From: Folioceros fuciformis
Lineage: Eukaryota
Assembly: GCA_049999805.1 (NCBI GenBank)
Contig: JBNGIO010006220.1
Location: forward strand, 84,582 to 148,581
Length of the DNA stretch: 64,000 bases
Direction of reading: 5' to 3'
Shown here: one piece after another, positions 22,139 through 33,970 of the stretch
How positions within the stretch are numbered: the stretch's first letter is position 1
Layout of the letters: each line of letters opens with the position of its first letter
Position numbers and translations under genes: made by a program
The notes under the pieces: generated by a model
Told to the model about the DNA's origin: nothing
What the model saw: only the letters and a program-made list of their open reading frames with translations
Databases searched by the model: none

Positions 22139-24437
22139 GTGCACACCTGCATGGACAGCTTTAACTAGCAAGCTGTGAACACAAGTGCAAAACTTAGGGG
22201 CTGGTGCAGCTGCTTAATGCCTGAGAAGATGCATCAGAAATGGGAAACCGGGGACGGGAAACGGGACGTACAGAAGGGTCAGCAGCAGCACCGGCGGCAG
22301 TGGCATCGGAATATACTAAATGGTACCTGGCTTTGCTGCACCACCTCAAACCAAACCACACAAAGTCTTAGCCTTGTCCTAACCCTAACCCTAACCCTAG
22401 GGATCTTCCAAGCCCTGCAGGAGTTGGACGGCCTCGAGTCCCACCATGCCGCTTCCGAATATTCCCACCAAGACCGGGGAAGTATGTACGCACAGCCCGA
22501 GCAAGTAGACCAGGGTAGACTATTTTCAAAAAGAGGACCCCGGCGAGGAGAGCAGGAGGAGGATGAGGAGCAGGAGCAGGCCGCGGGAATCCGCACATTG
22601 AGTCCTTCAAGACACATTGAATGTCAGATCAACCTGAACCACATACAATATCCGTTGCGTAGCGGATCGTGAGTGTTCGCCGTGGCCCGGGTGGCGGAGG
22701 CAAAGGCAAAGGCAGAGCCGCACCGGCAACCCCCACGTATACNNNNNNNNNNNNNNNNNNNNNNNNNNNNNNNNNNNNNNNNNNNNNNNNNNNNNNNNNN
22801 NNNNNNNNNNNNNNNNNNNNNNNNNNNNNNNNNNNNNNNNNNATTCTAAACAATGTCGTCCTACGACCCCCGCCCGAGTCCGCCTCTCCTCTCCTCTCCT
22901 CTCCTCTCAGGCTACTCCCGACCGCTTATTTTTCTCTCGCGCCCTTGGCCATTCCCTTGCTCTCTTTTGTGCGCGCGCCGAGCGCAGAGCGCCAACCGGA
23001 CAACGGCACACCCGGACCAGTCTCGGCATTATCATGGCTGGCTGGCTGGCTGCGCCTCGACTCTTCGTTTTTCACAAAACGTCCAGAAAGCGTCATTCCA
23101 ATAACCGTCATTCCATTTCTTGCACCAAACGTGCCGGGCCCCGTGCCCCGTGCCCCTGCCCCTGCCCCTGCCCCTGTCCCTGCCGGTGCCTGTTGCCGTT
23201 CCTTGTAATCAACAAGTCCCCGCCCGCCCAGTCTCCGGGCATCTCCCTAACCCCACCTTCATACCACCATCCTCCCCGCTAAACCAAATTAGCGCACTCA
23301 AAAACTTGCTCCCTCTCTCTCATCCAATGCATCCAATTATGTAAAAAGCAGGTTGAGTCCAAGAGACGCCTTCCGTCATCATGCTCTGCTTCTACGTACA
23401 TACATAATGTACAGGCACAACCTTATCATGCCTCTTGAAATTTGATATTTATAAATATCTAAAACTATATTCTTTTTAGTCAACATTTACTTGTTCGTAA
23501 AGGAGAGCATAATCAATTTTTAAAAGTCCTAGGTACTTTTAATACATAGATGTAAGATTTTTATTTTATTTTTAAGATAAAAAATTCTCTTACTCCTGAT
23601 CTTTTTCTGAGTCGTCTCGTCTCTTCTTTTTAAGAAATTCTCAAGTTTCTCTTTTCAAAAAAAAAAAAAGAAGTGAATTTACATCTTCTCAGTGATTGGT
23701 TCTCCTTTTAGGTTGTTATACTCATAACGACAAACACAAGGTGACGACTTTTTGAAAGGTTTTCTAACTGTCGAGAGAGAGATGAGATATAAGACTACTA
23801 GGACACCTGATTGTTGTGGCTATAGGAGGAAATGAAACACATAGTTCGATAAATAAAACATATAGCTGTGATGTCAATACATGAAACATGTAGTTGTGAT
23901 GTCAATACATGATCTACATCAAATACAGTGACTTAGTGCTGCCTAATTATTGTTGCTGTTTGGAGACATGGGTCAATGTCTCCATTGACAGGTACACTAG
24001 AAATAAGCAGTATTTTTTTCCCCTATCGTAAAAAAGAAATGGGCAGAGTAGATCTCATGTGATGGCGGGCGGCGATGACTCCATGTCCTGGAGGTCCAGT
24101 CAGAATGCGAGCTCTTGGCCTTGGCCAACCCGTCACGACATCAGGCACAAATCCCCACGACCAAAAAGCTGACGGCCACGGGAACCGCCGGGATTCGGGA
24201 TAACCCACTCATCACTCCACTACCTATACGGCATTAAGCAAATACCCACCTAATCACTTCTTGGGACGAAAATATCGAAGAGAATAACGTACGGAACTTT
24301 GGGTCGAGATCACTTGCTCAGAAATACTTGAGCAGAATTTTAGACGGGTGGAAGGCATTTAAATTGAGCCATCCAAATGTAATGCAATTCGCTTTGTACA
24401 TACTACTGACTAAGTCTAAATCGAATACAAGGGATGC

Positions 24438-27400
24438 TCAGGGATCGACGTCCACAGCCCCTGTGTAGATGGACTCCCTTCGTCTCTCCCGTATGGCACC
24501 CCTTAGCCAAGATGTGGCTTTTAGTGTCAGCATGGCATCACTGCTGGATCCTAGGCTTGGCCCAGTGACACTAGATCCCACAGCTGCATCCTCCAGTAGG
24601 GACCACGGGTCCACTTCTTGCTCTACAAGTGCTCCTTTGAAACTAGCTGCATCACCATCACCACCTGGTGCATCCCTGGTCTGAGTACCCATTTGGTTAG
24701 CTTGTCCAGCAAGATATCCAGATTGTAAGGAAGCCACAGTTGTCTGGGACAGTTCAGGGGGTCCTGCGAAAATCCTGCAATTGACAGGCGGCGTGCTAGA
24801 CATCACCGTCAACAGGTGAGGCGTGACTGTGGAAGACACCTGGTCCAACTCCACCTGCATCCTCTCAGCTACCTCTTGATCTAGGAGAGCTGATGGCATT
24901 CCGTGTGAGATGAAGTGTAGAACAGCTAACAGTCTATCAAACACCCATTCCCCTGCAGTAGCTGCTACGCCACAGGTTGCAGCTTCTGCTATCCATTCCC
25001 CGTCCGTTCCACTCACAGACCCATCACGCTGAGTAATGAAGGTCTGGTCTGGGGGCTCCTGCAATACACTAGAGTCAAGGAGCCGCAGCAGAACTGGTGT
25101 TAGTATTGCCTGAATGTTGCGAGCCATCTGCTCCCTGTCAGAGTAGATGATGGGCAGCAAAGGCATGAGGAATTGAAGCCGCAACCAAACCGAAGCCTGT
25201 ATTGCTGCGGCATACAGAGGCTGAGATTCTGAGCTGGGTGGCAATGATTTCCGCCCTACACCTGGGCTGCCATTGTCTAACCATCCCATGGACCCTCGCT
25301 GTTGAACCAAGCCTTTATGGTTGAAGTTGTCAGAAGTAATATATGTTGCAACATGGCGCCCATTCATACGAGAAAGATGCTGCTCCAGATTGGTCAATTG
25401 TTTTGCCAGCTCGATACCAAATCCACAGCAAGCATCTACACTGCTCCGCACTAGGCATGGCAACACCATCTCCACCAATGCCTTCTCGATGACATACTGT
25501 CGGTTCAAACTTTGGGATTCCATCTTGAACTCCCTTCTTTTGAAACCAGAGCAGTCAGCGGACTTGGCATTAGCAGATAGATTCTCACAACTAGAACCCT
25601 TCCTTCCAAAGGGTAGACACCTTGACACATTCATACCTTGGTGACCAGATGAGAAACCTTGACGATGAGCATAGTTGTCAAGCACCTGCCTCAGACTTTT
25701 CCGACCAAATAGCATGTCACTGCCTTCTAGAACCCATTTCACTTGCAAAATCAGGTATTCCTCGAATGCTTGCCCAAGGAAATGGAGAACCTCGGAGTAC
25801 ATGGCTGCAGCATCAGGTCGTACTAGCAGTCTTGTAAGGACAATCTCAGTAAATGTCTTTTCGCACTCCGTGAGCTGCCGGGATTCTTGTGGTGCAAACG
25901 CAGCTTCCAGAGCCTGCACGGCGGTGACATTCGCATTTTCAAGTTTCTCAAGTATGACCTGCTCATTCAGAAGCAAACGGAGCTCCACCCACTGCCAATG
26001 AAATGTTGCTGGGTGAAGATTATCAAGAACTTTCACTAGCTCCTCAGTGTTCTTGTATACATCCATCTGACGCAGGCATTTATGATCACCGGAACCTGGA
26101 TTGCATGTCTTCTCACCAGTGGGGGGAACCCAACAATCTGACACCTTCTTCTCCAAGATGGCATACAAGAACACACGTGCTCGAAGAGGAACCAGTGCCA
26201 TCAGTTTAGAAGACACATCCAGTCCTTGATTATCAAGGGAGGCTGCATGCTGTGTTTCTTCGGTGTCAACTGACAGCAGGTTATACAACGCTTCAGTGTC
26301 AGAGAAACAGACATCCCTGAAAGGATGATGAGCAACCACATCATTGGCAGCTAACAGAGCTGCTTGCAATATACTTTCATCCCGATTGTGAGCATGGAAG
26401 TATCTCCCTTGCTTCTGCAAAGCAATGGAGAAGAGAGTGTAAGCTGATGGCAGCACAGCCGAAAGCGGAAGAGACCTCTGAAGGTGAGCAAGGCTAAGAC
26501 TGTTCGATTCACCCAGCAAAGCATTGATGAGGCCTGCTGACACCGATCTACAATTCCCGATCAACACCCGAAACCAGTAAAGATTTGCTTCCGCTGCCTT
26601 GTTGAGAGCATTCCCACCAACAGAAGTCCGGCCCGTGCCATGGATATTTACAGAGCCTCGAAAGGAAAGCTGCAAAGCCTCCAAACCCTCTTTGATCCTC
26701 AACAATGACACAACCCTTTCAAGTGATACATTCCCCTGTACAACCACACCTATGACAAAAGCTGCAACAGCTGCAACAGTCGTGACTGCAGGTCGTCCCA
26801 GAACAGTCATACAGGAAGCCATGGCAGAATCGTTGCCAAGACTCGAAGGTATATCACAAGTATCTGAGCTTGATAGGACTTGCATGCGAGAGAAACGGCT
26901 CAGAGTACTGGAAATAACGGAGACAGCTTCAGATGCAAGGGCAACCTCCAGCAGTCTGCTCTGATGATCTCCAAACACCTCTTTCAGAATGCTGATACAG
27001 TGAATATGCATTTGTAGGACATATCGTGCACAATATACACAGGGACCCAGGCCAGAAGAAGCACCTGGCAAAACAGGGGTACCTACAAATGCATTGAAAA
27101 CACTACCCACGGCCGTAGGCACATTCACAACGACAGCAGCAACTGCGGCAGCAAGAAGACTGGGGTCTACAGGAGAGCCCCCGCTTTGTCTTATTGCTTC
27201 AACCAGGCCTGAGACAGCCCTTTGAGCAGTCTGCATGATGCCATCCAATGCATCCCTGTCCCCATCCCTTAACTGACCTGGCCCAGAAACGTCTTTTGCT
27301 CTTGCTATTAGACGATGAGTCATATCTCCCAAATGCCGCTGCACTGTCTCCTTCATGTGAGTCCCTGTTCGACCTAAACGGCCAGTCAATCTCATATACA

Positions 27401-30400
27401 CTGGGTCATCATGCTTGTCATCAGTGTCAGAAGCGCCCCTTCCATGGATACCGAATCCACCATCAGGGTCTGCTGCCTTTAAAGCTTCAAGTTCTGCCTG
27501 AAGCTGCTTATCACTACCCGAACCCCTCCATCCAGTTTCCCAGCTTTGTACACTTGCCAGGTTCCCATACTTCTTCATGATAGCCCACACATGAGACAAC
27601 ACTCCACGGCAGCTCGACTTGGCAGCTGTTGCTTTCGCAAGCATCTTTGCAGCACATTGCATCCCTGTTGTCAGAACTGAAGGCAGAAGATCCATAGCAG
27701 CTACAGCTGTGTCAAACCTCCTGATATAACACATAATCGTTACTTCTCCGAGTTGCCTGACTTGTTCACCCTTGTTGGTTGGCAGCTTTGTACCATTTCT
27801 GTTGTTCATTCCCCTGGCTGAAGCTCGCTGTAGGGAAATGACCGAAAGAAGCCACAGCAGGAGTTCCAGAAGCACACGCAGATCATTTGTCATATGAAGC
27901 AAGTAAACGATGGCTTTAAACTGCTCATCATCCATTTGCCATCCATTTTCACTGCCTACATCAACCAGGCCAGTTGAGGCAATCAAACTTCGACCTGCAG
28001 TACCATTACCATCAGAACTTGTGGAAGGCTTCTTACCTAGATTCCTACGGATGGCTTGAGTGAGCCAATGTGCAAGCTCCAATCTGTCACTAAGGTGGAG
28101 ATCTTTTACTGCAGCCCCTAACATACAAAGATCATTGACTGTGTTCCCCTTCTGGAGATCGTGGGACAAATTTCCTGATGAACCCAAACCATGAACATCA
28201 AGGCTATGGTCCTGGCTGTCCTCAGGACATGAGGAAACTGGCAGACAGGAGCCTTTTATGGTCCTATGTGCAGACAAGCTGCTCTGCGTGTCTTCAGGTG
28301 TTGCGGCTAATTGAGCAAGGCCCTGTGTTTTGCGTACCACTTTAGGTCTTCCTCTTGCACCTTGTTTCGCTGGTTGTTTCACAAAAGCCTCAACAGTGTT
28401 AACTTTCTGCGGCTGTTTAGACCACCAGTCTTCTTCCTTAAGTGCAGATTGAAGAACATGGTGATCAGCCTCCCTTCCATCTACCCCCTTTGCCCGTTTC
28501 GATCTTGAGCATCCCTCACATATTCCAGCAAAACTCCCATCATCAGCCATAACTGCAAAACCTGCTGGTGTTGATGGAATGGCTGGCTTTGAACAGTCTC
28601 TCCGACTAGCCCGTCTTGGCTTCAGTGCAACAGAAGAATCTGGTAGTCTCAGAAATGCACATATCCTCTGTTTCAACTCAGGCAAGCTGATGAACGAAAA
28701 GTGTCCAGTTGATCCCATCCCTCCCTCTGAGATCTTCTTCCTGAACGCCTTGTCATTATGATGAGCCTCATACATACTTTCTGTGCTTTCCTGTTGGCAC
28801 AGATGACACAATCGGTGCCGCAAGCCTCGATCTCGGACTCTCTTTCTTCGGCAGCTAAGGCCAAAAAGTGCTACCCGCCGCTCATTCCACGATGGAGCTC
28901 CTAGTTTTCCACGTATGGCATCCCTCTTATCACCACTATCAAATCGCCGGGAATCAAGATCCTCATACTTGGGTAGAAGACTTACAAGACGTCTGTGTCT
29001 TTGTGCTCTAGCATAATCTGCCTCTGTGTCAGACTTTTCTAAAATCCCATTTGTGACTAGCATCCTTACGTACGAGCCTGGACAGAAGAGACAAGCCCGA
29101 CCGAGCTCTGCCAATAGCAATTGAAGTCGCTCAGATCCCTTTCCTTTGCATCCGTCAAGCTGATCCAGCCAGGCCACGATCAGGTTGTGCGTGACTCTCG
29201 AGGTTTTCCGAGAAGCATGCTTGCCTGCAAGCACATTGCTCTGGACAGCATCACCAGCTAATAGCTTAACAGTGCTTAGCATTCCCTTACTAACTTTGTC
29301 CCGCTTCACAGGGCCCGCAGCAATGTTGGATGCAAAAGTTTCCACGTCCATTTCCCTTCCCTCACCAACCATCAGGCTGAGCACAGAGATTGCCAGATAG
29401 ATCCGAGACATGTCTGTAACTGCAAATGCCCCATCGAAGCTGCCGGAAACATCCCTATGTTCCCTAAAGCCAGAGACAGCCCATTCACACAAGGACATGA
29501 CTCCAGAAAGCTGTAATGGATCAATGGCACCGTATATACTCGGGGAGGAGGCGCAAAGACCAAACAGCCAGTCATCGGGCAGCGGGCCCCTGCTCTCACC
29601 AAACACTAGACATACAGCGCCAAGAACATCACCAGCAAGCAAGGCTTGATCTAACCCATGGAGAACCTTGCACTCATTCTTTTCCAAAAAGCCTGGCTTG
29701 ACTGCTTTCGAGAGAGCGGACGATCCCTTTGCAATAGCCTCACAAATGTCTGGAAAAAGCAGCTTATGAGGAACAAGGGATTTCTCAAGACTAGCGACGT
29801 TATCCAGGTGTGAACAAGCTGCTTGCGCCAGAGAAGCTGGTCTTGCTCTGTCAGATTCATGAAGCTTGCCAGGATCGATGGAGAGGATACCGGCATAAAA
29901 GTAGCCCTTAGGTTGACTCACAGACGAGTTGGTTTTGAGGAGTGGTAAGCAGTCAAGAGCAGTAGAGACAGGTGGAAGAGCCGTAAGAAAATAGCGAGCC
30001 ACTTCAACCAAAGATTTTTTCAGATAGAGAAGCCTGGGCTGGTCAGGTAATTGAAGGGGAGAGCCAGCAGAGGAAATCCTTTGCAGCCAGTGAGCACAGA
30101 GTCTGACAAAAGTATGAACCTGAGATTGAGGAGCAGAGAGTCCGTCTAGAAGAAAAAGTGCCATGGGTAATAACAACTCCAAAGCCTTGAAGGACTCCCG
30201 CTCACTCAATTGCTTCAAAGTGAACTCAATCAAAGTGGCCCTGTTGAGCAGCCCCTGAGCACAGTGCCACTGGGTTAGGCACATGACAAACTGCCACACA
30301 GCCGTCAATCCATGCTGGCCGACAGCATCATTCAACTTCCGGAAAGAATCATAACCCAACTGCTTCTTCTGAGCACTCCTAGTACCCTGACCTCCTCTGG

Positions 30401-31109
30401 TAACATTCGAATCGCCACCGGCACAAATGGCCGACACCAGCGAGTCTGCCAGCTCCAGTATCTCCTTGGTCCAGGATTCGGTGCACTTCCCCGGCCACTT
30501 ATCCGAGCCGGCCGGCCCGGACGTGTGGCGTATGAGATTGAGGAAAATGACCCTGATGCACCAAGTCGCTCGAACAAGAGGGAAATTCCGGCCGGCAGCA
30601 AGCTCCAGCAGATCGTGCAAATGGACACCCGTAGGCACATGGTCCGACATCACCCTCAACCTCTTGTTCTGCACCAAGTCATCCAGCCACCTCCTGCGAA
30701 AATCATCCGCGTTCAAGCGCTGCTCTGGGAACACCCCGGGCTTATGGAGCATCGGACCCGACAAGGCCACCCCATACACCTGCCCAATCTTCAATTTCCG
30801 CACCAGGCACACGTTAACAGCACGGAGGCGCTTGTGAATGGCCTCCTTGTAACGGCACAGATTCTGCTTCGTCCATGTACTCTGCTGAGCCAGCGTGAAG
30901 GTGGCTTCCCTCTGCTCGTCCACACCCTCGACGACTTCCTTGTACCCATGCTGACAGGTTTCACGACTCAAGGATTCCTCGGCTGAGCCGCTCGACTGCG
31001 GGAAGTAATCAGGCGGCCCGAGCGTGCCACTCAGGGGCTCCCTACTGCAGAAGAGGGTATAAGGAGCCAACCTGTGCTCCGCCTTGTCGGGAGTCGCTGA
31101 CTTCAGCAT
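24438..31109 (-). CDS. MED12: Mediator kinase-module subunit 12, intronless
   Basis: 2223 aa uninterrupted ORF with LAPY..C.REPL...LGPPDYFPQ, KRLRVMSDHVP.G, PLVRATW, FHWQWVELRLLLNEQ, FTEIVLTRLLVRPDAA, LRLQFLMPLLP, EVDPWSLLED and LKATSWLRGAIR, all characteristic of plant MED12. Confidence 0.93.
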   Translation of the reverse strand: MLKSATPDKAEHRLAPYTLFCSREPLSGTLGPPDYFPQSSGSAEESLSRETCQHGYKEVVEGVDEQREATFTLAQQSTWTKQNLCRYKEAIHKRLRAVNVCLVRKLKIGQVYGVALSGPMLHKPGVFPEQRLNADDFRRRWLDDLVQNKRLRVMSDHVPTGVHLHDLLELAAGRNFPLVRATWCIRVIFLNLIRHTSGPAGSDKWPGKCTESWTKEILELADSLVSAICAGGDSNVTRGGQGTRSAQKKQLGYDSFRKLNDAVGQHGLTAVWQFVMCLTQWHCAQGLLNRATLIEFTLKQLSERESFKALELLLPMALFLLDGLSAPQSQVHTFVRLCAHWLQRISSAGSPLQLPDQPRLLYLKKSLVEVARYFLTALPPVSTALDCLPLLKTNSSVSQPKGYFYAGILSIDPGKLHESDRARPASLAQAACSHLDNVASLEKSLVPHKLLFPDICEAIAKGSSALSKAVKPGFLEKNECKVLHGLDQALLAGDVLGAVCLVFGESRGPLPDDWLFGLCASSPSIYGAIDPLQLSGVMSLCEWAVSGFREHRDVSGSFDGAFAVTDMSRIYLAISVLSLMVGEGREMDVETFASNIAAGPVKRDKVSKGMLSTVKLLAGDAVQSNVLAGKHASRKTSRVTHNLIVAWLDQLDGCKGKGSERLQLLLAELGRACLFCPGSYVRMLVTNGILEKSDTEADYARAQRHRRLVSLLPKYEDLDSRRFDSGDKRDAIRGKLGAPSWNERRVALFGLSCRRKRVRDRGLRHRLCHLCQQESTESMYEAHHNDKAFRKKISEGGMGSTGHFSFISLPELKQRICAFLRLPDSSVALKPRRASRRDCSKPAIPSTPAGFAVMADDGSFAGICEGCSRSKRAKGVDGREADHHVLQSALKEEDWWSKQPQKVNTVEAFVKQPAKQGARGRPKVVRKTQGLAQLAATPEDTQSSLSAHRTIKGSCLPVSSCPEDSQDHSLDVHGLGSSGNLSHDLQKGNTVNDLCMLGAAVKDLHLSDRLELAHWLTQAIRRNLGKKPSTSSDGNGTAGRSLIASTGLVDVGSENGWQMDDEQFKAIVYLLHMTNDLRVLLELLLWLLSVISLQRASARGMNNRNGTKLPTNKGEQVRQLGEVTIMCYIRRFDTAVAAMDLLPSVLTTGMQCAAKMLAKATAAKSSCRGVLSHVWAIMKKYGNLASVQSWETGWRGSGSDKQLQAELEALKAADPDGGFGIHGRGASDTDDKHDDPVYMRLTGRLGRTGTHMKETVQRHLGDMTHRLIARAKDVSGPGQLRDGDRDALDGIMQTAQRAVSGLVEAIRQSGGSPVDPSLLAAAVAAVVVNVPTAVGSVFNAFVGTPVLPGASSGLGPCVYCARYVLQMHIHCISILKEVFGDHQSRLLEVALASEAVSVISSTLSRFSRMQVLSSSDTCDIPSSLGNDSAMASCMTVLGRPAVTTVAAVAAFVIGVVVQGNVSLERVVSLLRIKEGLEALQLSFRGSVNIHGTGRTSVGGNALNKAAEANLYWFRVLIGNCRSVSAGLINALLGESNSLSLAHLQRSLPLSAVLPSAYTLFSIALQKQGRYFHAHNRDESILQAALLAANDVVAHHPFRDVCFSDTEALYNLLSVDTEETQHAASLDNQGLDVSSKLMALVPLRARVFLYAILEKKVSDCWVPPTGEKTCNPGSGDHKCLRQMDVYKNTEELVKVLDNLHPATFHWQWVELRLLLNEQVILEKLENANVTAVQALEAAFAPQESRQLTECEKTFTEIVLTRLLVRPDAAAMYSEVLHFLGQAFEEYLILQVKWVLEGSDMLFGRKSLRQVLDNYAHRQGFSSGHQGMNVSRCLPFGRKGSSCENLSANAKSADCSGFKRREFKMESQSLNRQYVIEKALVEMVLPCLVRSSVDACCGFGIELAKQLTNLEQHLSRMNGRHVATYITSDNFNHKGLVQQRGSMGWLDNGSPGVGRKSLPPSSESQPLYAAAIQASVWLRLQFLMPLLPIIYSDREQMARNIQAILTPVLLRLLDSSVLQEPPDQTFITQRDGSVSGTDGEWIAEAATCGVAATAGEWVFDRLLAVLHFISHGMPSALLDQEVAERMQVELDQVSSTVTPHLLTVMSSTPPVNCRIFAGPPELSQTTVASLQSGYLAGQANQMGTQTRDAPGGDGDAASFKGALVEQEVDPWSLLEDAAVGSSVTGPSLGSSSDAMLTLKATSWLRGAIRERRRESIYTGAVDVDP

Positions 31110-31401
31110 GTTCCCAACCCCTTTGCTTCTGTTTTTGCAACACCATCCACGCAGCGGCGTAGCCGACCCCGCGCAGGGATGCGATGGAGGATTGGAGCTC
31201 AGCTACCCGACTCCCTTTGCCTGCACCACTCCGAACTCCTCAGCTAACGGCATGTAATACACACTACACATCGGCTGTAGAGAGTACCTAGTAACTGACG
31301 AACCAAAACATGCCCACATCGGGCTCCGGTTCCAGATCTGGGCTCCAGTCCCGGTCCCGGTCCCCGGTCCCCGGGAGCCTTTCACGAGCCAAGTCATCAA
31401 G

Positions 31402-31402
<1 letters not shown>

Positions 31403-31432
<30 letters not shown>

Positions 31433-31442
31433 CGTACGTATG
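31403..31442. repeat. (TATG)n microsatellite upstream of MED12
   Basis: Tandem TATG/TACG units. Confidence 0.85.
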
Positions 31443-33970
31443 TCTGTGTACAGTACAAACATACCCACACCTGTTACAAAACTGGCCCATTTTATTGCCC
31501 TTACCCCTCGGAGGGGTAACAACGAGCGGTGACTCGGACAATATGTATGTACAAGCCCATTCTTGATTATTACGTGAAACATCTTGTTTAACCCATTATC
31601 CTGCGCTTCTTGTTTCAGGCCCCCTAAAGCCAGAGCCAGCCCAGGAGTCTTCCATTGTGCGCACTTGTACATGAATCTACCTAACCGGTCATTGTAACAG
31701 CAGTACCATTTAACAGATTTAACTACAAATACGACAACATTCGTTTTTGCCTTCCAGGCCTAGGCCCAGGAGCAACAACAAGACATTTGTAGAGTGCAAG
31801 ACAAGGCAGGTGGTCTCTGTTCCACTCTGCCTAGTTGCTTACAAAGTGGCCAAATTTGCCTCACCCTTTCTTTTTCTGGCTCCCCTGCTTCTCCTTCCCT
31901 TACTCCCCGCTCATCCCGAGTCTGTCCCCGGAGCCCGTCCTGTACCGGCTGCAATCCATACACACAGGATCGTGGCAGTGCTGGACTCCACGCGTCCTCC
32001 CCCGCATTTGGCTTCGGACATGGTGTTGCGATTGCGAGGGAATAATGTGCGAGAGTGGGAAACTTCCTTCATTGGGAATATTGTTGACAGCGAGGCGCTT
32101 GGTCCGGCTGTGATGAGCTGAGGTTTGGATGGGATATACATACACTGCTTTTATGCTTGCTATGCTGCTACAGGGAGTACAGTTCGCTCTGTGAAGGCGG
32201 GACGTGGTCGACTCTGATGGCTGCCTGCATGTCGTTTGGCAGAGTGCGCAGCTTGAGGCCCTTTCGCATCGGGAGGTCGGAATTGGCCGTTTGGTGGCTT
32301 ATTCGCATTGAGGGATTGGGAGCTCGGTTGGGGTTGTGGTTTTGTATGCTCCTTTCCGTCTCGCACCTGGATTGCTCTCCGGAAGTGTGGAAGGAGGCCT
32401 CGAATTTTGCAAGCTGATGTGTCTGCAGCTGCCGATATCGCTGTTGAAAAGAGAATTTGAGCGACTGAGTGAGTCGAGATCGATTTGCTGGTGATGCGTG
32501 GCTAAATGCGGTTAGTTCTGTGAAAGAGGATGACTGCTGGTTGGTGATTGCAAGGAGTTGCGACAGACCGTGGAATAACCGGTCCGACAGAGGCCGTTTT
32601 TAGTATCACTGGCAGATCGGCACTGACGTATGTACGGAAAAGCACGGTGATCTGCAAACGTGTCTTTGGATTTCGGGACTTTGTCATGGTTAGAGATACT
32701 GTATGCGGAGAAGTGAGGTCCAGAGAGTGCATGGAAGTGGAGCCAGGGCATGTGAACAATTCCATTGACAAAGTTTCATACAAACTTGGCCGGAACTGAA
32801 TTCGAAGATGCCCGGGTTTGTCAAGAGGATTGCACGCGAATCATTCCTCGTCTTCCTCTCTTTCGGGATATACAGGATCTGGCACTAATCGACGCTCTGC
32901 GGTTAGGACACGCTCTAATTCGGAGGTTGTCAACCTGGGACGTACAGCTCCGCAAGGTAGCTGCCAGAAATCACATGCTTAAATCATCTCTAGCCTGGCA
33001 TTCAAAGGTGTGAACTTTGCACGATACAGCCACCTGCCTTTACATGTACACAAATGAGTTATAGGGATGGTTTGGCGAAGTCCCTGTATAACAAGGGCTT
33101 TGTCCTAGTTGTTTTGCGATGAGCTGTCATCGGCTGCTGGTGTGACTTCATTGTTGCGCATTGACAAGCAAACTGTTTCAACAAGTCCGGAAGAATCTCT
33201 ACTGCTTGTGGTGCCAAGACTCTCGAGATGCTTGGTGGTCGAGAGATTTTCCCAGATGATGAATGAGAACAATCGCCACAGGACTGGGCAGATGGATCTC
33301 CCATATCATCCATAATTTGAAGGCCTCCGCGTGAACTATTTTCAGAAGTGTTCCTCCTAGTACGCATCCACTACTGCAAGCCTTGCACCTACTGGCGACA
33401 ACATGCAAGTTCTAGGTTTGGACTGTTTGTTTTGGAAGGGATGCTACTTGAGGTGCTAAAAAATGTACCCACGGCGTACTTCATTCTTTATCTGGCAGTT
33501 TGTGAGCTGATGTTTCTTTCAATGTAACGGCTGTTGGATCTCCTGTAGAATTGAATGACATGCTATGACGGGTGAGGATTGGTGTCTACTCCCATTTGTG
33601 AGCTGTTTCCTCGTTGAGAGATTCTTATATCAGGTACTCTCGCACAAGGGAGCGGGAGAGGGAACTACTACTCTAAGATCCTGATGCGCGTGGGGGTGGA
33701 TCAGTCCCGAGGTGGTAGAGGCTGGATCAGCCAAAGTGTTGGCAATTTTTGAGGCGGTGAGAAGAGGGCATGGTCGGAAGGAGCCCTCTGCTCCTCACAA
33801 AACAAGGTTTTCCTGTGAAGCAATTGTAGATTTCTGCGCAGCATCAGGAGAGGACACAAAAAGTGCATTATTGAGAAATAAAGAACACTTCATTGATAGG
33901 GAGATGTTCAGGTTGGGGATTCGCAATGCCTCTTCCGTTTGTGTCAGAACTTTTCGTTCAGTCCGAACTG

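Noticed and set aside
22378-22402. Interstitial telomere
   Set aside because: Only about three CCCTAA units in a region full of short tandem motifs.
32108-32218. Box C/D snoRNA (GTGATGA...CTGA)
   Set aside because: No convincing terminal stem and no recognisable rRNA guide sequence.
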